Below, in pieces: positions 47,418 through 58,200 of a stretch of DNA of 64,000 nt (its first letter is position 1; every line of letters begins with the position of its first letter). The stretch is from an uncultured virus (IMG/VR IMGVR_UViG_3300026521_000001) (taxonomy: Duplodnaviria; Heunggongvirae; Uroviricota; Caudoviricetes). The stretch lies in IMG/VR virus record IMGVR_UViG_3300026521_000001; one strand, given 5' to 3'. The translations under genes and the position numbers were made by a program. The notes below the pieces were generated by a model. That model ran no database searches. It was not told the origin of the DNA and saw only the letters and a program-made list of their open reading frames with translations.

Positions 47418-47624
47418 ATGAGAACAGAAGTTGAAGTTAGAAAAGCATTACAAGAAGCTGCTGTAAGACTTATAGGAGCTATTGCTATTAAAGATGATAG
47501 AGACACAAATATTGCTACAAAAAGTATTAGAAAACTTACTCTTGAGATTGCAGAAATTGGTAAAGAGTATAGACAAGTTACATCACCAAAAGCAATAAAA
47601 GAAGCTAAATCAAATGAAAGCTGA
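47418..47624 (+). CDS. Small helical protein
   Basis: AAGGAG RBS; 'ATKSIRKLTLEIAEIGKEYRQVT'. Confidence 0.6.
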   Translation: MRTEVEVRKALQEAAVRLIGAIAIKDDRDTNIATKSIRKLTLEIAEIGKEYRQVTSPKAIKEAKSNES

Positions 47625-48441
47625 TTTAATTTATTGCACTCCTTTGTGGGTAATTGCAAATGGTATAAGACAAAGTCATGATACAACTAATAAAGCAGAT
47701 AGTTGGATGATTGATCAATCAGAACAGAATATGCTTAAATGCCCTTTTTGTGGATGTCAAGAATTAACAGAAGTATTTACACAAAATAACTGTGTATATA
47801 ATACAATTTGTAATGATTGTAGAGCTAATTTAGATTATCATATAGGAACTAAAGACTATGATTTAATTAAACGAGTAGGTTTTAAATTTAAACATGAAAG
47901 TGTACTTGAACATTCAATGTTATCATTTGAATTTGAAGCAAGTAGAGCTTTACTGCAAGAATTATCAAGACATAGAATTGGTGTAAGCCCTACAATCAAA
48001 TCTACGAGATATACTCTTAAAGAACTAAGAAAAGAACCTATGTTTACTTGGTTAGATGGTAGAGAAAAACTATATCAAAGAGCAAGTAAATATTTATATC
48101 TGGTTCCAGATGAGGACGGTAATATCTATAATGCTGTAAATCATGCAAGTATTAAAGCTCTTGAAAATTTAAGACAATTAGTAGCAAGTAGAAAATTCAG
48201 TAATGATAGATTAAAGTATGCTTTACCAGAAGCATATAAATTTAAAGGTCAAGTGACTTTTAATTTGAGAAGTTTAATACACTTACTTGAATTAAGAATT
48301 GATAAATCAGCTTTACATGAGTTTAGAGAGTTAAGTGTAGCAATAATAGATGAATTAACTGAAGATTATAAAGAGTTAGTTTTATCTAATGACAAGATAA
48401 AAAAGAATTATTTCGCATTAAAAGGAAATGACAATGGATAA
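47614..48441 (+). CDS. thyX: FAD-dependent thymidylate synthase with an inserted zinc ribbon
   Basis: HESVLEH, SRALLQELSRHR......KSTRY (ThyX motif), YALP, NLRSL.H.LELR. Confidence 0.93.
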   Translation: MKADLIYCTPLWVIANGIRQSHDTTNKADSWMIDQSEQNMLKCPFCGCQELTEVFTQNNCVYNTICNDCRANLDYHIGTKDYDLIKRVGFKFKHESVLEHSMLSFEFEASRALLQELSRHRIGVSPTIKSTRYTLKELRKEPMFTWLDGREKLYQRASKYLYLVPDEDGNIYNAVNHASIKALENLRQLVASRKFSNDRLKYALPEAYKFKGQVTFNLRSLIHLLELRIDKSALHEFRELSVAIIDELTEDYKELVLSNDKIKKNYFALKGNDNG

Positions 48442-48820
48442 ACAATTAGTATTTAGAAGCATTAAAGCTGATAGTAAAGGGCACCATAAAACAGTTAAAT
48501 TAATAGATAAAGATTCTATGTATGTATTACAAGAAGGTATTTTAGATGCTGTAGTATTATTTGATTTAGATGATGATAGATATTTATCTATAAGTCCTAA
48601 AGTATTTATGGAATCTTTTGAACCAATAGAAGAAAAAGTAGAAAAGAAAAAGGATACATTAAGTGATCTTTCAGAAGAATTAAAAATTAAATTAGATCTT
48701 ATTACTAAAATATCTAAAAATATTTTAGGAGATGAAGCTGATGTTCGTGTAGTATCTTCTGAAGAAATAAAAAATATGAATAAAGATATTGATAACTTAA
48801 TTAATAAAACTGAAAAGTAG
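48428..48820 (+). CDS. Hypothetical protein
   Basis: AAGGA RBS. Confidence 0.6.
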   Translation: MTMDKQLVFRSIKADSKGHHKTVKLIDKDSMYVLQEGILDAVVLFDLDDDRYLSISPKVFMESFEPIEEKVEKKKDTLSDLSEELKIKLDLITKISKNILGDEADVRVVSSEEIKNMNKDIDNLINKTEK

Positions 48821-48840
48821 ATTTATTTCTACTTTTTTTA
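48813..48840 (+). terminator. Intrinsic terminator
   Basis: AAAAGTAGA-TTTATT-TCTACTTTT followed by a T run. Confidence 0.6.
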
Positions 48841-48880
48841 AGTTTAGTAAGATATAATTCTTAATAAAAAAGGATTAACA

Positions 48881-49063
48881 ATGAATTATAATGTACAAGG
48901 ACATATTACTGATAAAACGTTTAGAGTAATATTAGTTGATAATGGTAAAATAAAAGAAAGTGTAACAGATTTTATATTTAGTAATAAACAAGAAGCTTTC
49001 GAATATATAGAAAGAATAATAGGAGAAAATAATGACGACACAGGAGCTACAAAAAAAGATTGA
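48881..49063 (+). CDS. Small hypothetical protein
   Basis: AAGGA RBS; TATAAT upstream. Confidence 0.55.
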   Translation: MNYNVQGHITDKTFRVILVDNGKIKESVTDFIFSNKQEAFEYIERIIGENNDDTGATKKD

Positions 49064-49913
49064 AGCACTGTATAAAGAAGATAATTATTTTCTTCTTTCT
49101 AACACAGCTGCTTCTTTATTAGATAAATTTAAAGTTAGTCAATATAAACTATATAAAGTACTTAAAAATCTTAATTTAAGTAGGGAACAAACTTATATAA
49201 ATTTAGTAACTAAACACCCACCGTATAATATATCTGCATTTGAATTAATAAAAAAATATAAGTTAAAGTCAGTTAAAATAGTTACTTTAAAAAAGTACGC
49301 TATAAAAATATATGGAGAAGCTTATATGGATTTTTATGATAAGCAATCAATGGAATTAGAAGAAGAAATAAAAGAAATGTTAAATACTTATGAATTTCCT
49401 TTATTACAATTAGGTAGACAAGGTATAATAGATTATTTAGGTATTGGTGTAAATAAATATAATAAAATACGTAAACAAAGAAAATGGACAAAAAGAAAAG
49501 AATATAAAAAATTATTTAATAGATATCCATTAAATGAATATTCTATGAAAGAACTTTCAAATATAGTAAATAAGAGTAAAGATATGATTATAGAATGGGC
49601 AGAGAGATTAAATGTAAAAAGAATAAATAAAAAAGCAATATCTATAAGTGTAATTAAAGCACGTAGAAAAAGGTACGGTTTAATGCCTGTAAAAGAGCAA
49701 GTAAAAAAATTATCTTATAAAGATATAAAGATATGGTTTGAAGATAAATTATTGAACCAGAGAGAATTATCAGTGAAAGAAATAAAAGAATATTTGGGTA
49801 GAAAAGATATGAATAAAGTACTTTACTGGATCAAGAAGAATTATGGTTTAATAGATTATGTATTTGACTATAAAGAATTAAAATACAAATTAAAGGAAAG
49901 TGATGACATATAA
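49032..49913 (+). CDS. Basic multi-HTH-like putative DNA-binding protein
   Basis: Very Lys-rich; several HTH-like segments (IIDYLGIG, MKELSNIVNKS, LSVKEIKEYLG). Confidence 0.55.
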   Translation: MTTQELQKKIEALYKEDNYFLLSNTAASLLDKFKVSQYKLYKVLKNLNLSREQTYINLVTKHPPYNISAFELIKKYKLKSVKIVTLKKYAIKIYGEAYMDFYDKQSMELEEEIKEMLNTYEFPLLQLGRQGIIDYLGIGVNKYNKIRKQRKWTKRKEYKKLFNRYPLNEYSMKELSNIVNKSKDMIIEWAERLNVKRINKKAISISVIKARRKRYGLMPVKEQVKKLSYKDIKIWFEDKLLNQRELSVKEIKEYLGRKDMNKVLYWIKKNYGLIDYVFDYKELKYKLKESDDI

Positions 49914-50172
49914 AGATTTTATAGAAGAAGAAATTATAAAAGAGTTAAAAGTAGGAGAATATACTGCAAAAGTAGTTAATTGGAATAGTGCTAAATGGAC
50001 TAATACAGAAGTTATAATTAATACATTTAAAGGACATAAAGCTTATTATTCTGGAGGTAGTAGTATCTTATTAGTAAGTAAAAATGATTTTAAAGTAAAA
50101 ACTAAAAGAGGAATTACCAAAGATATTAAAAAAATGTATGAAGAACATAACAAAGATAAAGGAGCAGCATAA
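49903..50172 (+). CDS. Hypothetical protein
   Basis: AAGGA RBS. Confidence 0.6.
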   Translation: MTYKDFIEEEIIKELKVGEYTAKVVNWNSAKWTNTEVIINTFKGHKAYYSGGSSILLVSKNDFKVKTKRGITKDIKKMYEEHNKDKGAA

Positions 50173-50435
50173 TGCAAACTGAAGAAATTTTAAAACAAAG
50201 AGGAAATAGGTATGGAGAATTTGAAGATTTAGCTGTAATTAGCCAAAAATTAAAAGACATTGTGTATGAAGTAGAAGGTGTAGGTCAGGACAAAGCATTA
50301 ATGGAAGCTATTGAAATGATAATGCATAAAATAGCAAGAATTCTTAATGGGGACGAAACTTACATTGATAACTGGGTAGATATTGCTGGTTATGCAACTT
50401 TAGCAGTACATTACTTAGAAAAAAATAAAGTATAG
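50172..50435 (+). CDS. DUF6378-like protein
   Basis: ILKQRGNRYGEF...KIARILNGD...DNWVDIAGYATL. Confidence 0.8.
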   Translation: MQTEEILKQRGNRYGEFEDLAVISQKLKDIVYEVEGVGQDKALMEAIEMIMHKIARILNGDETYIDNWVDIAGYATLAVHYLEKNKV

Positions 50436-50446
50436 GAGAAATATAA

Positions 50447-50644
50447 ATGAATATAGGAGAAAAGTTCAAACATGTAAGTAGGCTATCTATTTATAAGATA
50501 ATTGATTTAGTTTTATTGGAAGTAAAAGGTAGAGTTGAACCAGGAGTAGTATATGTAAAAGAAGAGGAACCAGAAACTAAATACTGTAGAAGTATTAGAA
50601 GCTTTAAATCTAATTTTAATAAGGTTCGATATGGCTGCAATTAA
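50447..50644 (+). CDS. DUF1653-like small protein (second copy)
   Basis: GEKFKH....YKII...VVY......YCRS..SF...F. Confidence 0.6.
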   Translation: MNIGEKFKHVSRLSIYKIIDLVLLEVKGRVEPGVVYVKEEEPETKYCRSIRSFKSNFNKVRYGCN

Positions 50645-50792
50645 AAATTTTTTTATAGCTATTATATTAACAGTATTAGCTATAGTAGTATGGTTTAGTA
50701 GTATTATAATAGGTTATTTTTTAGCTATAGTAGGAGGGATAGCATTAGCTATCTTCTCTTTATTTAGTTTATTATCTCTTTTGAGAAAATAG
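50631..50792 (+). CDS. Small two-TM membrane protein (53 aa, not in ORF track)
   Basis: MAAIKNFFIAIILTVLAIVVWFSSIIIGYFLAIVGGIALAIFSLFSLLSLLRK; last gene before the convergent vRNAP locus. Confidence 0.65.
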   Translation: MAAIKNFFIAIILTVLAIVVWFSSIIIGYFLAIVGGIALAIFSLFSLLSLLRK

Positions 50793-50814
50793 ATTAATAA
50801 CTAAATAATCTATT
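50788..50814. terminator. Inverted repeat at the convergence point
   Basis: AATAGATTA...TAATCTATT between the convergent blocks. Confidence 0.4.
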
Positions 50815-53800
50815 TATCCTACTAAATGGATCCATTAGATTTTCTGCTTCGTCAAAGAAATGAATTTGTCTAGCTGCTATTAAATCAGTAGGAGTGTGAG
50901 TATATGTTTCATATATTTCAGGAACATCTATTAATAATTCATTTATACTACCAAGTTTAGCTACACCTAAAGGTTTCATTTTTATAGTATTTTTTATTAC
51001 TTTTACTGTTCCAAGTAAAAATTTACTAAACATAAACATACCAGTATCATTAGCATATTTTAAATATTCATTCTGGTTCAAGTTGTAATTAATAAAGTAT
51101 TGATCGGCTAATAATAAAGCCTCTTTTTCAGATTTATGTTCTTTTAGAATATAATAATCCATCAATGTTTTCTTAGCTACAACATCTCCATATTGCATTA
51201 TTTTTAATGCTTTTTTAAATAAAGCTGTATCTTCTGTAATAAATAAGGTTTTTACTATACTTTGTGCTTCTGGTTTTAATTTAGATATGTATTTTTTTTC
51301 TATAAAATTAGATATTAAATTAGTATCATTTATATTAGATATAGTAGCATCTTCAATAATTGAACCAACAATACCGCTTTCTACTAATGAATTTAATTTA
51401 TTTTTACTAATAGAGTTTCTTAAATGTTTTAATTTAATTCTTTCTTTAGTAGTAATAATCTTTGCTTTTTCTTTAGATTCTAACTTTCTCATTTCATTAT
51501 ATTCTTTATTTAATTTATCGTACTCAATCCAGTTCTTCTTCATTTCTCTAAACACTTTTTCTATAGGCATATATTGAGATAATACCCAAAAGTTAGACAT
51601 CAAGTTTCCTAATAATACTGCACCATTAGCAATTACCATAAGTGGTTTAACTAATTTAATAAAATCTTTCCATAATTTTTCAAATAATTGAATTTTTCTT
51701 CTTATTTTATTTATATTTTTATTTGTAACATTTTTTAATAACCAGTGATTATATAAAGTTGGATCTTTATACCCCATAGTATTTTTTATTAAATGTGTTG
51801 GTATAGGTAATAATTTATTTCCTAAATATTCTTTAGTAGCTTTAGGTAATATAGCATATAAATCTGGATTAAGTATTTCTCCTGATACTGGATCAACTCC
51901 TATATATGTATATAAATGAGGTTTACTTCTATCCCATGAACCAAGAAAATAATCTATTAATTGTTTATTAATTTCAGTACCATTTATTTTTAAAAACATA
52001 TGTGATTGAGTATTAGATATTACACTTCTTATATCTAAATCATGATTATTTAATTCTGCTTCATGGTCTTTTCTTAAAACATATCTATAATCAACTACTT
52101 CTCCATCTTCATTATACAAAGGAACTACTTTAGTTTCTTTTCTCTCTTTCAATTCTTCAGCTACTTCTTTAGGATTAAAATTTTCATTAGTGTTAATTAC
52201 TGATAATTTATTCTTTATATTTTTAAGTATTTCTTCTCTATATTTTTCTGGATTATCAATATATTCATCACTTAATTTTAATCCCATAGTTGATTGATTA
52301 GTAATTTCAAATGCTCCCTTAGTATAAGCTGGTTCTGTATTTAATCTTTTCATTACATAACTTGTACCAATAGTATTTTTTAATAATCCATTTTCTCCAT
52401 TTATAGTATAATCTACTTCCCACCCATGTGATTTATATAGTTCTAATTTAGAAGCATCTATAACTGCAGACTCATATAAAGATTTACTTTTAGGTTTTAT
52501 ATAACCTTTTATTACATGGACTGGATTAGGGAATAAAGTAAGAGTATCTTTTTTTATAGTATTTCTTATATATTTAATCATCTTAGAGAAGTTTTCTTCA
52601 TCTTCTTCAACATAAGTAATTAATACTTCTAAAGATTTTCCATCTAAATAGTTTATTGAATATAGAGTAGCTAATTCATCTATCTCTTTACTTAAATCTT
52701 CTGTTATATGTCTATCTGATTCTTCTAAAATAAATAACTGTTTAGCTATACCATTAGCATTTAGTTGTAAATGTTCTACTGTAACTTCTCCTGTAAGCAT
52801 ATAATAAGCTAATGCTTTAGTCTGATTTATCATTGCTCTACCATAAGGATGCTCCATTATTCTTTTTTCTAATATTGCTATTCTATTGTCTCTTGCAGGT
52901 TTAACTAATATATATCTTTTTAGTCTATTAATAGGAATAATTGCCAAATCTGTCATTAATATAGCTTTAGTTAATCTTTTTAGTTTATTAGGTGTCTTTA
53001 AACTATCAGGAAGTAAACTGTCTAATAATTCTATATTAGCTGATTCTTGTTGCATTCTTACAGTTTCTTGCATATGTTTTATTTTATTATATAATTCATA
53101 GAATTTAGAATCTAATATATTATCTCTAAACATTTCATTATAAACATCTCTTATTAAACCAGCAATATCTAAATTGAATCTCGCTATAGCTTTAGCATTT
53201 TCTTTAGCTATTCTTGCTAACATTTCTGGATCTTTAACTTTATCTTCTATATGTTTTAAAGTATTATCTACTCCTTGCATAACTAATTTTACAGAACTTT
53301 TAACTCCATTTAATATTTCTTTTACACCTTTTAATTTATTTAGTTCTCTAAATAATTGAGCTATTTTTAATTTTTCTAATAAAGGCGTCTCAGAATAAGT
53401 ATTATTAGCCATTTTTTCAGTTAATAATATAGCAGTAGCAAATATATCATTTAGTTCTTTAGAAGCAGGTTTTTTAGTCATATTCATTATAATTTGATTA
53501 AAAGCTTTAATCACTAAATCTAATAATCTTTCAATACCATTTTTAGGTATTATACCTTCTATTTCAAGATTAGACACTTTAATGTCATTATTTTTTATAT
53601 AATTATTTAAAATATTATTTGTAGTAGCAATAGTAAAAAACTCTTCTGGATCTCCTTTTATATATCTATACATTTCCTTAGATTGTCTTTTAGCTTCGTC
53701 GGTATGTTCTACACCTATAGGAATAAAAAATGTCTCAGGATCGATTTCTGGATTATTATCAAGGTGTTTTATCACAGCTTGTTGTAATTGTAATAATCTG

Positions 53801-55176
53801 GTTCTTAATTTAGCATCTACAGATAAGGCTGTGTGTGTCATTAAGTGAGTCATTTCATGTAGAAATATTTCTTTTTCTGTTTGAAGAGATAATTTAGAAC
53901 CAGAAGATAATCTAATTAATGTTTTTTCTAATACAGCTGAACCACGATTAAAAGTTTTATTTATATAAGTTATTACTTTTAGTTTTTCTCCTACTTTAAA
54001 TATAGTCTTAATTCCTTTAGATACTTTTTCTAATATAGATTTTTCAGTAGGGGTCATAGTTTCATCTAAAGTAGCTAAGAAATCTTTAACATCTTCTTCT
54101 GTTTCAAGTAATATTTCTTCTTGTTTAGTTCCCATTGATTTAACCCAAGAAGATCCCATTTCTTTATTATTATATTTTACATGTGATACACCTTTGATAC
54201 TATATGTCCTTGTTTGTTCTTTACCTTTTATAGTATATGTATTTATTCCTCTTTCTATTTTTGGAGCTACTTTTTTAATAATTTTAAAAGGTAATTTAAT
54301 TAATTCAGAATGATTTACTTCACTTAATTTATTAGTTTTTAAATTAATAATTTTATATATATTTTTACTATAATCTACTATTATTCCTATTACTGATTTA
54401 TTATTTTTAGTATTTATTTTAATTACTGAACCAGGAGATATAGTATTAATATCTTCTTTTATTTTTTTCTTTTTAAATCTTTCTAATCTTTTTAATAATT
54501 TTATTTTATCTGATTTATCTATGTTTTGGGCAAAGTCTATTTTAGCTGGATCATCTATATCAGGATTATCTTCTATAGGAATTATTCTTAAATATTTCAT
54601 TACATTGTCGTCTGTAAGGCTTAAATCATAAGGAGCCCTTTTTAAAAATGCTTCTTTAAATGACATACCTTCTTCTTCCATAAAATACTCTACCATAGGT
54701 TCATGTAACCAATAATAATATTCATCAGTACCTTTTTCAGGTACTTTAGGTTTACTATTTATCATATAATCTACTTGTTTAAAATCAATAGTATAAGGTT
54801 TATTATTTATAAATACTAATAATGCTTTATGCGATACTTTTCTAATTTCATAACTATCTGTTTTTACAGCTGTAGATATACTTAATCTATAATGCTCATA
54901 TTTAGTATTTTTAAAAATATGAGATAATATATCAGTAACTGATATACATGAACTTCCATCACATAGTTTAGCAGCATCAATTAAATCATCTATATATTTA
55001 TATGATAAAATTCTATCTTTTAAAATTTGTACATTATTATCTTGTATATTAGTGGTAGGATTCGTTACATCTGTAATAAAACTATCTGTATTATAGTCTA
55101 TAAGTTCTTTTTTAGCTTTATTGAAAGCAGTTTTTACTATTTTTAATTGATTATTACTTATACTACATTTACTCAT
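50794..55176 (-). CDS. Virion RNAP C-terminal-domain equivalent as a stand-alone gene (zincin-like HExxH; N-terminal papain-like domain)
   Basis: EIFLHEMTH...EEFFTIATTN; C-terminal QYGDVVAK...FINY.......ANDTGMFMFSKF resembles the N4 gp50 C-terminus; own AAGGA RBS. Confidence 0.78.
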   Translation of the reverse strand: MSKCSISNNQLKIVKTAFNKAKKELIDYNTDSFITDVTNPTTNIQDNNVQILKDRILSYKYIDDLIDAAKLCDGSSCISVTDILSHIFKNTKYEHYRLSISTAVKTDSYEIRKVSHKALLVFINNKPYTIDFKQVDYMINSKPKVPEKGTDEYYYWLHEPMVEYFMEEEGMSFKEAFLKRAPYDLSLTDDNVMKYLRIIPIEDNPDIDDPAKIDFAQNIDKSDKIKLLKRLERFKKKKIKEDINTISPGSVIKINTKNNKSVIGIIVDYSKNIYKIINLKTNKLSEVNHSELIKLPFKIIKKVAPKIERGINTYTIKGKEQTRTYSIKGVSHVKYNNKEMGSSWVKSMGTKQEEILLETEEDVKDFLATLDETMTPTEKSILEKVSKGIKTIFKVGEKLKVITYINKTFNRGSAVLEKTLIRLSSGSKLSLQTEKEIFLHEMTHLMTHTALSVDAKLRTRLLQLQQAVIKHLDNNPEIDPETFFIPIGVEHTDEAKRQSKEMYRYIKGDPEEFFTIATTNNILNNYIKNNDIKVSNLEIEGIIPKNGIERLLDLVIKAFNQIIMNMTKKPASKELNDIFATAILLTEKMANNTYSETPLLEKLKIAQLFRELNKLKGVKEILNGVKSSVKLVMQGVDNTLKHIEDKVKDPEMLARIAKENAKAIARFNLDIAGLIRDVYNEMFRDNILDSKFYELYNKIKHMQETVRMQQESANIELLDSLLPDSLKTPNKLKRLTKAILMTDLAIIPINRLKRYILVKPARDNRIAILEKRIMEHPYGRAMINQTKALAYYMLTGEVTVEHLQLNANGIAKQLFILEESDRHITEDLSKEIDELATLYSINYLDGKSLEVLITYVEEDEENFSKMIKYIRNTIKKDTLTLFPNPVHVIKGYIKPKSKSLYESAVIDASKLELYKSHGWEVDYTINGENGLLKNTIGTSYVMKRLNTEPAYTKGAFEITNQSTMGLKLSDEYIDNPEKYREEILKNIKNKLSVINTNENFNPKEVAEELKERKETKVVPLYNEDGEVVDYRYVLRKDHEAELNNHDLDIRSVISNTQSHMFLKINGTEINKQLIDYFLGSWDRSKPHLYTYIGVDPVSGEILNPDLYAILPKATKEYLGNKLLPIPTHLIKNTMGYKDPTLYNHWLLKNVTNKNINKIRRKIQLFEKLWKDFIKLVKPLMVIANGAVLLGNLMSNFWVLSQYMPIEKVFREMKKNWIEYDKLNKEYNEMRKLESKEKAKIITTKERIKLKHLRNSISKNKLNSLVESGIVGSIIEDATISNINDTNLISNFIEKKYISKLKPEAQSIVKTLFITEDTALFKKALKIMQYGDVVAKKTLMDYYILKEHKSEKEALLLADQYFINYNLNQNEYLKYANDTGMFMFSKFLLGTVKVIKNTIKMKPLGVAKLGSINELLIDVPEIYETYTHTPTDLIAARQIHFFDEAENLMDPFSRINRLFSY

Positions 55177-55200
55177 TTGTATCCTTTGTTTTTTAACATT

Positions 55201-58200
55201 TTAACATAAATTATTATATTCTATAGATTCTATTTCATCTAAAGGTATATTATGCATCATACTAAAATAATGTAATTTTTCACTTAATTTATGTATATAT
55301 TCTTTAGATAATTTTTTTTCATCCTGTTCAAACATTGACTCTGTAACTGCAAACATTCTATCTTGGTCATATTGAGAAAATTCTACAATAGATACTTTTT
55401 CCTTTTTTAATGCTTCATTAGTAATTAACATAAATCCTTTCTTATTTTCTTGTAATTTCTTGTATATATTACTTTTTACTACATTTGGTGTTGGAGTACT
55501 ATCAAAGTTTTTTCCTGTTAAATCTAAAAGGTCTTCTATACTCATTGCTTCAAGTTTTGTAACTAATTCAGGGGAAAATATTTTATCATGATATATCCAT
55601 TGTCTGAGTATATTAGGATCTAAATTTATTAATAAATCAGCTAAATCTTCTGTTAGTTCAGTGTATTTATACTGTTTATTTTTATTACTCAGTTTTTTGT
55701 AGATTACTTCTTTTAAGGGTTGCCAGGTATCACTTCTAATATCATCTCCTGTTTCATCAATATAATAAGAACCCCCTTCTAATAAATCACTTGTAGAAGG
55801 GATATCATCCATATTTTTAGTAGCTGTTACATAAACAAATTTATTTGCATTTTTATTTGTCTCTTTTGGTTCAATTCCAAATACTACCATATCATTTCTG
55901 TTATCTACATCCATAACATATAACTCTGTATCTTTTTGTTTAACAGCATTTATTATATTAGTAAAGAATAATATACCTTCTTCTGTTAAATTATCTTTAT
56001 TTCTCTCTACAAAGTCAGGGTCATAAGTTTTTTTTGTTGTACGTGTTAAACCTGTTACAGTTATAAAACTTCCATCCTTTAATTCTAAAGCACTTAAAGA
56101 ACCTGCTTCTTTCATTACAGTTTCTGTATCCATTACAAAGAAATGTGGATTAGTACCATCATATATAGTAGTAGTTGATACTTGCTGTTGCTCTTCTTGT
56201 TGTGTTTGTTGATTGTTGTTGAATGTTTCTGCTATATATAATGCACCTATTGATGCTTTAATATCACTCATTTTTTTCATAAATTCAGAAGAATAATCTT
56301 TCCCATTTTTTAATGTATCAAATCTTGCTCCTTGTGATGGGACATAAGTAACTTCAATATTTTTATCTGTTATAATTTTTATATAATCTGATTTATATTT
56401 ATCACTTATAACATTAAAATTAACATCCATATATTCAATATTTTGTATATTTCCAAAATTTTTTATAAATTCATTTGCAAATTCTTGTCTTTTTTGTAAT
56501 AGAACATTTGTAACATTAAATATATTATTTTGTTCTTGTGGTTCTTCTTTTTTATTAAATCTATCTTCAAATGCTTGTTTATGGAAAATATCATAGTTAT
56601 TATGTACTTTTTTATATTCATTTGGTTGTAAATTATATTTTTCTTTTAATTTATTAAATTCTTCTTCTGTAACTCTGAAAGCATAATTATTAGTTCCTAA
56701 TACTTTAGCTGGTATATTATTATTTATAGCAGCTATAATACCAGCCTCATCAATACCTGTTTGACCCCCACTTCTAATTAAATGAATTTTTATACCATTA
56801 TTTAATAGTTCTTCTATAAGTTTAGTTAAATATTTATTTAATGTATCTTGATTTGTTTGATTAAAACTATATATACCATTACCTGCTATATTTAATTCAA
56901 TGCTATCTTTACCTAATGCTTTTATTTTTTCTACTAAGTTGTTAATAACTGACTTTGTTAATTTAATATTACCGTCTTGAATATTAATAGGTAAATATAA
57001 TTTACCATTCTGATTAACAGCTTTCTTTGTTAATTTTTCTCCAGGAGTATTAAAATCAGTAGCTATTGCAATAGTTACATCAGCATTAGCATTTGTTCTT
57101 GTTCTATCAGCATAATTATTGTTATTGATTGTTTCAATACTAACATTTTCCGATAAAGTATTATTATTATTATTATTATTTAAAGATTTATTATTTCTAT
57201 TATTATAATACCAGTGTCTAAAGTCTTTAAATCCTTGATTATCTCCTGCTTTATTAGCTGTTTTTTTATAAAAATTACTCTTCTCCTTATGTTCTTTATC
57301 AAATAGATTATATTTCAAGAAATCATATAAAGCATTTTTAAAATGTTCATCTTCAGACATTCCATACTTATCAGTAATTTCAATTACTAAATCTTTTAAA
57401 TTATCTATTTCAGTATCTTGTAATATTTTATGTAAAATTTTACTTATTTTAGGTAAATTAGCTAATACATTAAGTAATCCGTCTCCAGCATTTTTACTAT
57501 CTATATATGGAGTTAAATTTAAATAATTATCCATTATAGTATTTGCTTCTTCTTCACTTATATTTAATTTATCTGGATCCAGAGTATTAAATAAATTATC
57601 TAATATAACTTTTATATCTTTTAATTTAAATTGAGAATCAACACTATCAGTAATATAGTTATGTAATACTGTTATATCATAGTTTTCTAATATGTCTCTT
57701 ACTTTATCTTTGGCTGTATTTAAAGCTTCTCCATCTGTTAAATCTTTGATACTTTTTTCAATAGTAAATAATATATCTCCTAAAGAAGAAAATACATTAC
57801 TAATAGTCTTTTCATCTATTTTAGATATTTTATTAAAGTCTAAACTACCATCTTTATTTAAAGCACTATATATTTTAGATTTTAATTCTAATAAAGGTCT
57901 TAAATTGCCTACATTATTTATATGTTTAGCTGTTTCTTCATTTTTTAGTAAAGCACCTATTTTAGATAACATTGCTAAGTAAGTATTATAGTTAAAATGA
58001 TTATTTAATAAAGCTTCATTATAATCTTTAATAATAGAATTATTAGAATTATCTACTCCAAATAATAAGGCATCAAATATATGCATTGCTTTATATAAAT
58101 TATCATTTACTAAGAGTGAATCTACTATAGTTTTACTGTCTATCTGATGTGCTAATATAGGACCAATAGCAGGTAAATTTTCAATAAAGAAATCTACTTT

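Noticed and set aside
55177..55200. vRNAP split as a sequencing frameshift or stop-codon reassignment
   Set aside because: Both junctions have a TAA stop, a short gap, an AAGGA RBS and an ATG; all other genes read normally in the standard code
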